Positions 26,364-34,083 of a stretch of DNA of 64,000 nt are shown here, one piece after another. The notes under the pieces are model-generated. The model had not been told where the DNA came from. It did not search any database and was given only the letters and a program-made list of their open reading frames with translations. The stretch's first letter is position 1, and every line of letters begins with the position of its first letter. The position numbers and the translations under genes were made by a program. This DNA is from Acidothermaceae bacterium (lineage in GTDB: Bacteria; Actinomycetota; Actinomycetes; Acidothermales; Acidothermaceae): the NCBI GenBank assembly GCA_036510735.1, contig DATCDK010000240.1:3113-67112 (forward strand), given 5' to 3'.

Positions 26364-27856
26364 GAACAGTCCGTCTGGTCGACACGAGTACGCGTGACGG
26401 CAACCAGAGCCTGTGGGGAGCGACCGGCCTCACGACCGGCATGGTCGAAGCTGTCGGCCCGTCCCTTGAGCGCGCCGGATTTCTCGCGATCGACTTTACG
26501 TCGTCGACCCATTTGTCGGTCGGCGTTCGCTGGCATCACGAGGATCCGTGGGAGCGAATACGGCGGATGCGCGCCGTCGTCCCCACGACACCTTTGTCGT
26601 TGATCACGACGGGTATGCGCTTCATGGCCTGGGACCGCTCGCCCGAGTCGGTGATGCGACTCGCGATGCGATCGCTGGCGAAGCACGGAATGCGGCGGCT
26701 GCAGGTATTGGAGCCGTCGAACGACGCCGCTGCCGCCAGCAAGGTCGCCCGGCTCGCGAAGGATGAGGGCATCGAGATCGTGGTCGCGGCCGTGACCTTC
26801 ACGGAGTCGCCCGTGCATACCGACAGCCTGTATAGCGAAGCGGCGGCGAAGCTTGCGAAAGATCCGGCGATTGACGCCGTCTATCTCAAAGACCCAGGCG
26901 GACTGCTCACGCTTGAACGAGCTGCCACGCTGATTCCGGAGCTTCGTGCCGCGGTCGGTGAGACTCCGCTTGAGTTGCACAGTCACTGCACGACCGGCGT
27001 TGCCCCACAGGTCTATGTGCTTGCCGCGCAGCTCGGCATCGACGTGCTGCACACCGCGATCGGCGCACTGAGCAACGGCACCAGCCAGCCGTCCGCGACC
27101 AAGCTCGTCGAGAACCTGAGTGCGGTCGGGATAGCTGTCGACGTCGACCTCGATGCGATCGCTGAGGCAGAGCGGCTCATCGGGCGTTTCGCCGAAAAAC
27201 AACATCTTGAGCCCGGTCGACCACTCGAGTACGACCTCAGCGTGCACCGTCATCAAGTTCCCGGCGGCATGATGGCGACCCTGCGTCGGCAGATGGTCGA
27301 GCTTGCGATGCCCGAGTTGTTTCCGCGAGTGCTCGAGGAAGTCGCGCTGGTACGCGCCGAACTCGGTTACCCCATCATGGTGACGCCCTACAGCCAGTTC
27401 GTTGGTAGCCAGGCGGTGCTCAACGTGATGAGCGTGCAGTCGGGCAAACCCAGATGGTCGCAACTTCCCGACGAGATCATCCGCTACGTGCTCGGGCATT
27501 TCGGACCACCGCCGGGCCCCATCGCCGACGTCGTCATGGAGCGCGTCCAGACCGCGCCACGCACCAAGGAACTCGACCTGCCGCTGCCTGACCCGACTAT
27601 TGATGAACTGCGCAACCGAGTCGCGTCGAGTCTCGGACATCAGGTTGGCGACGACGAGGTCGTGCTGCGTCTGGTGCTTCCGGGTGACCAACTTGATGCG
27701 ATCACCCGCCCTGCAGTCGCGTGGCACGACAATCCTGCGTCTGCAAGCACGTTCATCGCGGGCGTGAACGCGCTGCAAAAATGGCGGTCGATCAACGTTA
27801 CCCGTGGCACCGAACGCGTCGTCTTGAACCGCGCATCAGCACAGGAGGCGCCGTGA
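26360..27856 (+). CDS. Carboxyltransferase of the pyruvate-carboxylase-B / oxaloacetate-decarboxylase-alpha (5S) type, without a biotinyl domain
   Basis: ATG 26360 with an ATGA overlap. VDTSTRDGNQSLW (DTxxRDxxQS), YLKDPGGLL (carbamyl-Lys KDxxG) and LELHSHCTTGV (HxH metal site). 498 aa with no AMKM motif at the C-terminus. Confidence 0.85.
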   Translation: MRTVRLVDTSTRDGNQSLWGATGLTTGMVEAVGPSLERAGFLAIDFTSSTHLSVGVRWHHEDPWERIRRMRAVVPTTPLSLITTGMRFMAWDRSPESVMRLAMRSLAKHGMRRLQVLEPSNDAAAASKVARLAKDEGIEIVVAAVTFTESPVHTDSLYSEAAAKLAKDPAIDAVYLKDPGGLLTLERAATLIPELRAAVGETPLELHSHCTTGVAPQVYVLAAQLGIDVLHTAIGALSNGTSQPSATKLVENLSAVGIAVDVDLDAIAEAERLIGRFAEKQHLEPGRPLEYDLSVHRHQVPGGMMATLRRQMVELAMPELFPRVLEEVALVRAELGYPIMVTPYSQFVGSQAVLNVMSVQSGKPRWSQLPDEIIRYVLGHFGPPPGPIADVVMERVQTAPRTKELDLPLPDPTIDELRNRVASSLGHQVGDDEVVLRLVLPGDQLDAITRPAVAWHDNPASASTFIAGVNALQKWRSINVTRGTERVVLNRASAQEAP

Positions 27857-28752
27857 CCGTCCGACCCGCTGTCATGGACGCGGCACTTAAGACACGCCTC
27901 GCCGAGGTCGAGGGAGTCATCTTCGACGTCGACGGATGTCTCGTGCTGTCCGACAAACCTGGCGGCGACGGCGGGCTTGCCCTGCCCGGTGCGAGCGAGG
28001 CGCTCACCTGGTTGCGCGAGTCGGGCCGCCGTGTCGTCTTGTTCACGAATGCATCGTCGAAGACGCCGCACTTTCTCGCTGCGGGGTTGACGGCGATCGG
28101 TCTCGACGTTGCACCTGCCGATGTGCTGACGCCATCGGTCGTTGCTGCCGAACTTCTCCGCGCACGGTATCCGGGTCAGCCCGTCATGGCCTTCGGCGGG
28201 TCCGGGCTGCTCGACGTGCTGAAGAGCTACGACATCGAGCTGGTGCACCCGACCCTTGAAGGCAGTTCCAAGCAGCCCGCAGCGGTCATCATCGGGTGGG
28301 ACGTCGGCTTCGATCGCGATCGACTACAGATCGCGGCCGATGCGATCTGGGGAGGCGCGGACTTCTTGGTGACCAGCGACGCACGCCGATTCGCGACGCG
28401 TACGCGGCCGACCGTTGGCCTCGGGGGGTTCATCGCGAAGGGCCTCGCCTACGTGACTGAACGCGACTACGAAGTCGTGGGTAAGCCTTCGGAGGCCGCC
28501 ATGCAGGTCGCCTCAGCACGGCTCGGCGTCCAACCGTCACGCATGCTCGTCGCCGGCGACGACCTTACCCTCGAGATCCGGATGGGGCTTCAGGCCGGCG
28601 CGTTGTCGGCGCTGGTGACCACCGGCATTCACGGCGTCAACGACGTCGAGCTCGCGCAACCAGCCGACCGACCTGACCTCATCGTTGACGGCCTACCCGA
28701 GCTCATCGAAATTTGGCGCGACGCCGACGACACCTCCCCAGCCCGCGGCTGA
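27853..28752 (+). CDS. HAD-superfamily (subfamily IIA, NagD-like) phosphatase
   Basis: GTG 27853 behind AGGAGG, with a GTGA overlap. Motif I VIFDVDGCL, TNAS, and C-terminal VAGDDLTLEI. Confidence 0.8.
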   Translation: MTVRPAVMDAALKTRLAEVEGVIFDVDGCLVLSDKPGGDGGLALPGASEALTWLRESGRRVVLFTNASSKTPHFLAAGLTAIGLDVAPADVLTPSVVAAELLRARYPGQPVMAFGGSGLLDVLKSYDIELVHPTLEGSSKQPAAVIIGWDVGFDRDRLQIAADAIWGGADFLVTSDARRFATRTRPTVGLGGFIAKGLAYVTERDYEVVGKPSEAAMQVASARLGVQPSRMLVAGDDLTLEIRMGLQAGALSALVTTGIHGVNDVELAQPADRPDLIVDGLPELIEIWRDADDTSPARG

Positions 28753-30734
28753 TGGTCGAACCAGGGGAGGTGTTGTGGAGACCGGCTGACGACGCCAGGG
28801 ACACCTCGGCGCTCGGCAGGTTTCTTAGCCGAGCCGAATCCGTGACAGGTCTGCAGTTCGCCAACTATGAGGCCGCCTGGCGATGGTCGGTGTCGGACCT
28901 CGATACCTTCTGGCAGCTGGTGTGGGAACAGGCCGGGGTCATCGCCCACCGACAGCCGACAGCCGTGCTCGGACGACGAGAGATGCCGTTCGCGCAATGG
29001 TTTCCCGGTGCCACGCTGAACTACGCAGAGCACGCGCTGCGCGATCGCAGCTCCGCTGTCCGGGTGAAGGCGAGAAGTCAGACTCGAGCCTCGCAGGATC
29101 TAAGTGGCGCCGAACTGGCTGCACTCGTGGGCCGCGTGCAGCAAGGTCTGCGCCTGCTCGGTGTGAGCAGAGGCGATCGGGTGATCGGCTACTTGCCGAA
29201 CATTCCCGAAGCGCTCGTGACCTACCTTGCAGTCGCGGGTCTCGGCGCGATCTGGTGCAGTGTGCCGATCGAGATGGGGCCTCGCAGCGTGCTCGACCGG
29301 GTGGCCCAGCTTGATCCGAAAGTCCTGGTCTGCGTCGACGGATATCGCTGGGGCGAGCGCATCGTCCACCGCCGCGACCAAGCAGCCGAAATCTGCGACC
29401 AGCTGCCCGGCGTCCGCGTTGTCGAAGTTCCCTACCTCGATGCCCATGCCGAACCACCGGCGGAAGCGATCGCGTGGGCTGCATTCACGGCGACGCAGCT
29501 GCCCCCGACGTTTGAGGAGCTGCCGTTTGACCACCCACTGGTTGTGCTGTTCTCCAGCGGCACCACCGGTTTGCCCAAGGCGATCGTGCACGGCCATGGC
29601 GGCTTGCTACTTGAACACGCGAAGGCGCTGTCTCTGCAGATGGACGTCGGGCCGGGCGATGTCGGCTTCTGGTACACGACCACCGGCTGGATGGTCTGGA
29701 ACATTCTCGTGAGCGGGTTGGTCGTGGGTGCGACCATTGTGCTGTTCGACGGAGACCCAGCGTGGCCAGATCTCGGCGGTCAATGGGCCGTCGCTGCCGA
29801 GACGAAGGCGACCCTTTTCGGTACCAGCGCTGGGTATCTCGCGGCGTGTGCGCGATCCGACCTGCGGCCAGGGGCCAGCTACGACCTCGCGGCGTTGCGC
29901 GAACTCACATCGTCTGGCTCACCGCTGTCGGCGACAGCCTCGGAGTGGGTCTACGACGCAGTGAAAAGTGATGTACTCCTAGCGCCGACATCAGGCGGCA
30001 CCGACGTGTGCAGCGGGTTCGTTGGTGGCAGCTCACTCACGTCGGTGTATGCCGGCGAGATGAGCTGTCGGCCGCTTGGCGTCGCGACCGAGTCATTTGA
30101 CGAAGCCGGCAAGCCGCTGAGCGGCCGACCGGGCGAACTCGTGGTGACCCTGCCGATGCCGTCGATGCCGGTCGCCTTCTGGAATGACCCAGACGGTTCT
30201 CGTTACCGTGCCGCATATTTCGATACCTACCCCGGAGTCTGGCGACACGGCGACTGGATCATCCACACCGAGCGCGACACGTGGGTCATCACCGGTCGCT
30301 CCGATGCCACCCTCAACAGAGGCGGGGTTCGGTTGGGTACCGCGGAGTTCTACAGCGTGCTCGACGCGCTTCCCGAAGTAGCCGACAGCGTGGTGGTTCA
30401 TCTCGAAGACGACGCAGGGCACGGATCGCTCATCGCGCTGATCGTGGCGGCAAGCCCTACCGACGGGGACGACGACTCGTTGCGGTCAGCGATTACAGCG
30501 GCGATTCGAGGCCAGCTCTCACCTCGCCATGTACCCGACGCGATCGTGTTCGTGAACGCGTTGCCTCGAAACAACAACGGAAAACGGCTTGAGGTGCCCC
30601 TGAAGCGCGCCGCACAGGGCGTCGCGATCGACCAGGCGGTCGATCTCTCCGCACTCGACGATCCAGCAGGCTTTGTCAAGGCCGTCGCCGCGATTGCCGT
30701 CGCTGTCGCGGCGTTGTCGTCGGAGCCGGGATAA
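28752..30734 (+). CDS. Acetoacetyl-CoA synthetase-like AMP-forming beta-ketoacid-CoA ligase
   Basis: ATG 28752 with a TGATG overlap. N-terminal ALGRFLSRAE...YEAAWRWSVSDLDTFW is characteristic of acetoacetate-CoA ligases. AMP motifs FSSGTTGLPKAIVH, YGTSAG?-type core and RSDATLNRGGVRLG. Confidence 0.85.
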   Translation: MVEPGEVLWRPADDARDTSALGRFLSRAESVTGLQFANYEAAWRWSVSDLDTFWQLVWEQAGVIAHRQPTAVLGRREMPFAQWFPGATLNYAEHALRDRSSAVRVKARSQTRASQDLSGAELAALVGRVQQGLRLLGVSRGDRVIGYLPNIPEALVTYLAVAGLGAIWCSVPIEMGPRSVLDRVAQLDPKVLVCVDGYRWGERIVHRRDQAAEICDQLPGVRVVEVPYLDAHAEPPAEAIAWAAFTATQLPPTFEELPFDHPLVVLFSSGTTGLPKAIVHGHGGLLLEHAKALSLQMDVGPGDVGFWYTTTGWMVWNILVSGLVVGATIVLFDGDPAWPDLGGQWAVAAETKATLFGTSAGYLAACARSDLRPGASYDLAALRELTSSGSPLSATASEWVYDAVKSDVLLAPTSGGTDVCSGFVGGSSLTSVYAGEMSCRPLGVATESFDEAGKPLSGRPGELVVTLPMPSMPVAFWNDPDGSRYRAAYFDTYPGVWRHGDWIIHTERDTWVITGRSDATLNRGGVRLGTAEFYSVLDALPEVADSVVVHLEDDAGHGSLIALIVAASPTDGDDDSLRSAITAAIRGQLSPRHVPDAIVFVNALPRNNNGKRLEVPLKRAAQGVAIDQAVDLSALDDPAGFVKAVAAIAVAVAALSSEPG

Positions 30735-30739
30735 ACGTC

Positions 30740-31606
30740 TCAGAGCCCGAGCCACCGAGCGGCATTGTCTTTCAGGATCAGTGGTCGGACGTCAGCTGCG
30801 ATATCGAGCGCCTCGAAGTCGCCGAGCCACCGGTCGGGCGTAATCAGCGGGTAGTCCGAGCCGAACATCACCTTGTGCTTGAGTCGGCCATTGGCCGCCT
30901 GTACCAGCTGTGGCGGAAGGTATTTCGGTGACCAGCCAGACAAGTCGATCATCACGTTGGCCTTGTGCGTCGCGATCGAAATCGCGGCATCCTGCCAGGG
31001 CACCGACGGGTGAGCGAGCACGATCGACAGGGTCGGGAAGTCAGCGGCCACGTCGTCGATGAGCATCGGGTCGGAGAACCGGAGCTTGATCCCACGGCCG
31101 CCAGGTAGGCCGGCGCCGATCCCCGTCTGGCCGGTATGAAACACGATCGGGACGCCTAGGCCGGCCACCGCTTCGTAGAGCGGATACACATGGCGATCGT
31201 TCGGGGCGAAAGCCTGCAACGACGGGTGCAACTTGAGCCCGCGCGCGCCCGAGGCGACCAGATCGCGCAACTGGCTCACCGCGCTCGCCCCGTCATGCGG
31301 GTCGACCGAACAGAACGGGATCAGCACGTCGGCATGTGCGCCGGACTGGGCGACGATGTCTTCACTTGAGAGTGCTTTGTGCCCGGTGGCGGTGTGCGCG
31401 TCGACCGTGAACACCACCGCCAAGAGGTTCCGTTCGCGGTAGTACTGCGCGATGTCTTCGACGGTGGGCGTGCTGTTGACTGTGGACTTGAAATACTTCG
31501 ACGCGGCAGCGAGCAATTCGTCGTCCAGCGAGCGATTCCCATTGCCGTCGGCCTCGACATGGACATGGGTGTCAATGGCCCGCACGTTGGCAAGATCGAC
31601 GATCAT
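30740..31606 (-). CDS. Amidohydrolase_2 (TIM-barrel metal-dependent hydrolase/decarboxylase) family protein
   Basis: 288 aa with AIDTHVHVEAD (HxH), GLKLHP, VFHTG, VLAHPSVPW and FGSDYP. Convergent, 5 nt from the ligase stop. Confidence 0.8.
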   Translation of the reverse strand: MIVDLANVRAIDTHVHVEADGNGNRSLDDELLAAASKYFKSTVNSTPTVEDIAQYYRERNLLAVVFTVDAHTATGHKALSSEDIVAQSGAHADVLIPFCSVDPHDGASAVSQLRDLVASGARGLKLHPSLQAFAPNDRHVYPLYEAVAGLGVPIVFHTGQTGIGAGLPGGRGIKLRFSDPMLIDDVAADFPTLSIVLAHPSVPWQDAAISIATHKANVMIDLSGWSPKYLPPQLVQAANGRLKHKVMFGSDYPLITPDRWLGDFEALDIAADVRPLILKDNAARWLGL

Positions 31607-31679
31607 GCTCCGTGATTGTAGGGGTCGACATCTGCATCTGTGAGGAATCGAAGCGACGGTGGCTTAGGATCGTGGCCTG

Positions 31680-32276
31680 ATGCAGTCACGACAGCTCGTC
31701 CTCGCGTCGGCGTCGCCTGCGCGGCTACGACTCCTATGGGACGCCGGGTTTGATCCCATCGTGATGGTCAGCGGCGTCGATGAGGATGCAGTCGAAAGAG
31801 CCGATCCGGTCTATCTGGTTGAGACTCTTGCGGTGCGCAAGGCCGCAGCTGTCGCCAAGCACGTGCCGGCGAGCTCGGTGGTGATTGGTTGCGACTCGAT
31901 GTTGAGCTTCGACGGCGACATCATGGGCAAGCCGCCCACAGCGGAGGCTGCGCGGCACTATTGGCAGCGCATGCGCGGTCGCGACGGTGTGCTCGTCACC
32001 GGCCACTGCGTCATCGACGTCGGTTCGGGCCGCGAGGCGTCGGGGGTGGCGAGCACCACAGTGCATTTCGGGACGCCGACAGACGACGAAATCGATGCGT
32101 ACATCAATACCGGCGAACCTATGAAAGTCGCTGGTGCGTTTACCCTCGACGGGTTTGCTGGACCTTTCGTCGACGGGATCGAGGGTGACCACGGCAACGT
32201 GATCGGTCTTTCGTTGCCCTTACTTCGCCGACTGCTCGCCGACATCGACATCAGGATCGTGGATCTGTGGCGCTGA
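31680..32276 (+). CDS. maf: Maf-like nucleoside-triphosphate pyrophosphatase
   Basis: 198 aa with LVLASASPARLRLLWDAGF, GCDSML, GKP and AGAFTLDG. Confidence 0.8.
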   Translation: MQSRQLVLASASPARLRLLWDAGFDPIVMVSGVDEDAVERADPVYLVETLAVRKAAAVAKHVPASSVVIGCDSMLSFDGDIMGKPPTAEAARHYWQRMRGRDGVLVTGHCVIDVGSGREASGVASTTVHFGTPTDDEIDAYINTGEPMKVAGAFTLDGFAGPFVDGIEGDHGNVIGLSLPLLRRLLADIDIRIVDLWR

Positions 32277-33385
32277 AGATCGGGCCGATCGAAGTCGACC
32301 CACCGATCGTGCTCGCGCCGATGGCGGGAGTGACGAACGTGCCGTTTCGCCAGCTATGCCGAAGCTATGGCGCGGCGCTCTACGTGAGCGAGATGGTGTC
32401 GGCGCGCGCGGTGATCGAACACAACCCGAACACCGAGGCGATGATGCGTTTCGGCGACGACGAGCCGGTGCGCAGCCTGCAGCTCTACGGCGTCGATCCC
32501 GACGTGATGTACGCGGCTGTGCGCCATGCGGTTGGCGAGATTGGGGTCGACCACATCGACCTGAACTTCGGTTGCCCGGCGCAGAAGGTGAACCGGGTCG
32601 GCGGCGGGGCGGCGCTGCCGCTTCGTCGCGCGTTGTTCCGTGCCGTCGTCGCCGCCGCGGTAAGAGCGGCGGGCACTGTTCCCGTGACGGTGAAGATGCG
32701 CAAGGGCGTCGACGACGCGACGCTGACCTACCTCGACGCTGCCCGCGCCGCTGAAGATGTCGGCGTCGCCGCAATCGCACTGCACGCCCGCACCGCCGAG
32801 CAGCTGTATTCGGGCGCGGCAGACTGGTCGGCGATCACCAAGCTGCGTGAGGCGATCACCTCGGTGCCGGTCCTGGGCAACGGCGACATCTGGGCCGCCG
32901 ACGATGCGGTTCGCATGATGCGCGAGACCGGATGTGCTGGTGTCGTGGTCGGTCGAGGATGTCTCGGCAAGCCATGGTTGTTCCGCGAGCTCTCGCAGGT
33001 CTTCGCCGGCGTACCGATCGGTCCGGCGCCCGCACTTGGTGAAGTCATCGCGGTCATGCGCAGTCACGTCGACCTTCTCATGACGCATAAGCCGACGCCG
33101 CAACTCGGCGTCCGCGCGTTTCGTAAGCACATCGGCTGGTACCTGACCGGGTTTCCCGTCGGCGGATACCTACGACGAGCGCTGATGGATGCCGAGACTG
33201 CAGGCGAGCTCGATGCGCTTCTCGACACCCTCGATCCGTCGATGCCGCTGCCGCCGGCCGTCCGCAACCTCCCGCGGGGGCATCTGCACGGACCACGACC
33301 TGTGCAATTGCCGGCGAACTGGCGTCAGTTGGCAGACGATCCAGCGCCGTTGGTCGGCGCTGACGAGGCGTACTCCGGCGGCTAG
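32267..33385 (+). CDS. dus: tRNA-dihydrouridine synthase
   Basis: GTG start overlapping the maf 3' end by 10 nt. LAPMAGVTNVPFRQLC, DLNFGCPAQKV and VTVKMRKG are Dus-family motifs. Confidence 0.85.
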   Translation: MALKIGPIEVDPPIVLAPMAGVTNVPFRQLCRSYGAALYVSEMVSARAVIEHNPNTEAMMRFGDDEPVRSLQLYGVDPDVMYAAVRHAVGEIGVDHIDLNFGCPAQKVNRVGGGAALPLRRALFRAVVAAAVRAAGTVPVTVKMRKGVDDATLTYLDAARAAEDVGVAAIALHARTAEQLYSGAADWSAITKLREAITSVPVLGNGDIWAADDAVRMMRETGCAGVVVGRGCLGKPWLFRELSQVFAGVPIGPAPALGEVIAVMRSHVDLLMTHKPTPQLGVRAFRKHIGWYLTGFPVGGYLRRALMDAETAGELDALLDTLDPSMPLPPAVRNLPRGHLHGPRPVQLPANWRQLADDPAPLVGADEAYSGG

Positions 33386-33421
33386 CCGGAACCCACCTTT
33401 TTCACCCTTTACACGAGCGAT

Positions 33422-33802
33422 TTGTGCCGCATAGTGTCGAAAAAAGGGAGCGGTCACGGGGAGCCGGTCACCCAAGCTTCCTGGTGGTCCGGGTGCACTG
33501 AGCCATTTCGACCAGTCGACAAAACTGCGCTGGGCGGAACGCCGACATCGGGCTGGGCGTTCACCATCGCGCTCACGGGACAAGACGGGTTCGGCCAGGA
33601 CAATGCACGCACGTTCGCACCCACGCCGCAGCCGTTCAACTTCGGTGTGTGTGCCGCTGCGTCCGCCAGTCCGCTGTGCACGGCCGACCCGAACACTGTG
33701 CCGAAGGTGATGGACACGATCACCCCGACCGGCGTAGCGCAGTCGACCGAACTCGACTACACGCTCGGTGCGGTAGTGCTCCAGGGAGTCACGATTTCCT
33801 AG
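33422..33802 (+). CDS. Hypothetical protein (weak call; possibly a gene remnant)
   Basis: TTG-initiated ORF. Third-position GC is high only in the distal two-thirds. No recognisable motif or signal peptide. Confidence 0.25.
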   Translation: MCRIVSKKGSGHGEPVTQASWWSGCTEPFRPVDKTALGGTPTSGWAFTIALTGQDGFGQDNARTFAPTPQPFNFGVCAAASASPLCTADPNTVPKVMDTITPTGVAQSTELDYTLGAVVLQGVTIS

Positions 33803-33809
33803 GTAGCGA

Positions 33810-34031
33810 TTACTGCTGGTAGTGCTCAACCTCGGGGATGGGTCGTGCGTGGGCCTCGTCGGGGTTGTCGCCGAACTCGCGCTTGGCCTGGCGCTGCCGA
33901 AGAAGGTCCCAACACTGGTCGAGCTGCTCTTCGATCTGCCGACGGCGATCAGCAGCACCATCGGTGCCGGTCAGGTGGTGTTCTTCGGCCACGAGTTCGG
34001 AGATGCGCGACAGCAGGTCGTCGTCGGCCAT
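33810..34031 (-). CDS. DUF2630 family protein
   Basis: 73 aa. LLSRISELVAEEHHL...QLDQCWDLLRQRQAKREFGDNPDEA matches the conserved actinobacterial DUF2630 pattern as I recall it. Confidence 0.75.
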   Translation of the reverse strand: MADDDLLSRISELVAEEHHLTGTDGAADRRRQIEEQLDQCWDLLRQRQAKREFGDNPDEAHARPIPEVEHYQQ

Positions 34032-34083
34032 GTGACTGTTCTCCAGGGGGTGTAGGGCTCCAGGTGTTTGGTCAGTGACCAGA

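Noticed and set aside
25616-27778. 720-aa minus-strand ORF antisense to the BCCP and carboxyltransferase genes
   Set aside because: Arg/Pro/Gly-rich with no recognisable motif, and it lies opposite two genes with clear family signatures. This is a typical high-GC shadow ORF.
30740-31606. Amidohydrolase_2 gene considered as a LigW-like non-oxidative aromatic decarboxylase belonging to the ketone operon
   Set aside because: It is convergent rather than co-transcribed, and the visible motifs only support the broad family. There is no specific evidence for a decarboxylase role.
33170-33961. 263-aa minus-strand ORF spanning the dus 3' end, the intergenic region and the DUF2630 gene
   Set aside because: It crosses two better-supported genes and an AT-richer intergenic stretch, and it has no motifs.
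34069-34081. 13-bp palindrome TGGTCA-G-TGACCA between the rqlH stop and the DUF2630 start
   Set aside because: Too short to tell apart from chance. There is no T-tract to make it a terminator and no second copy.
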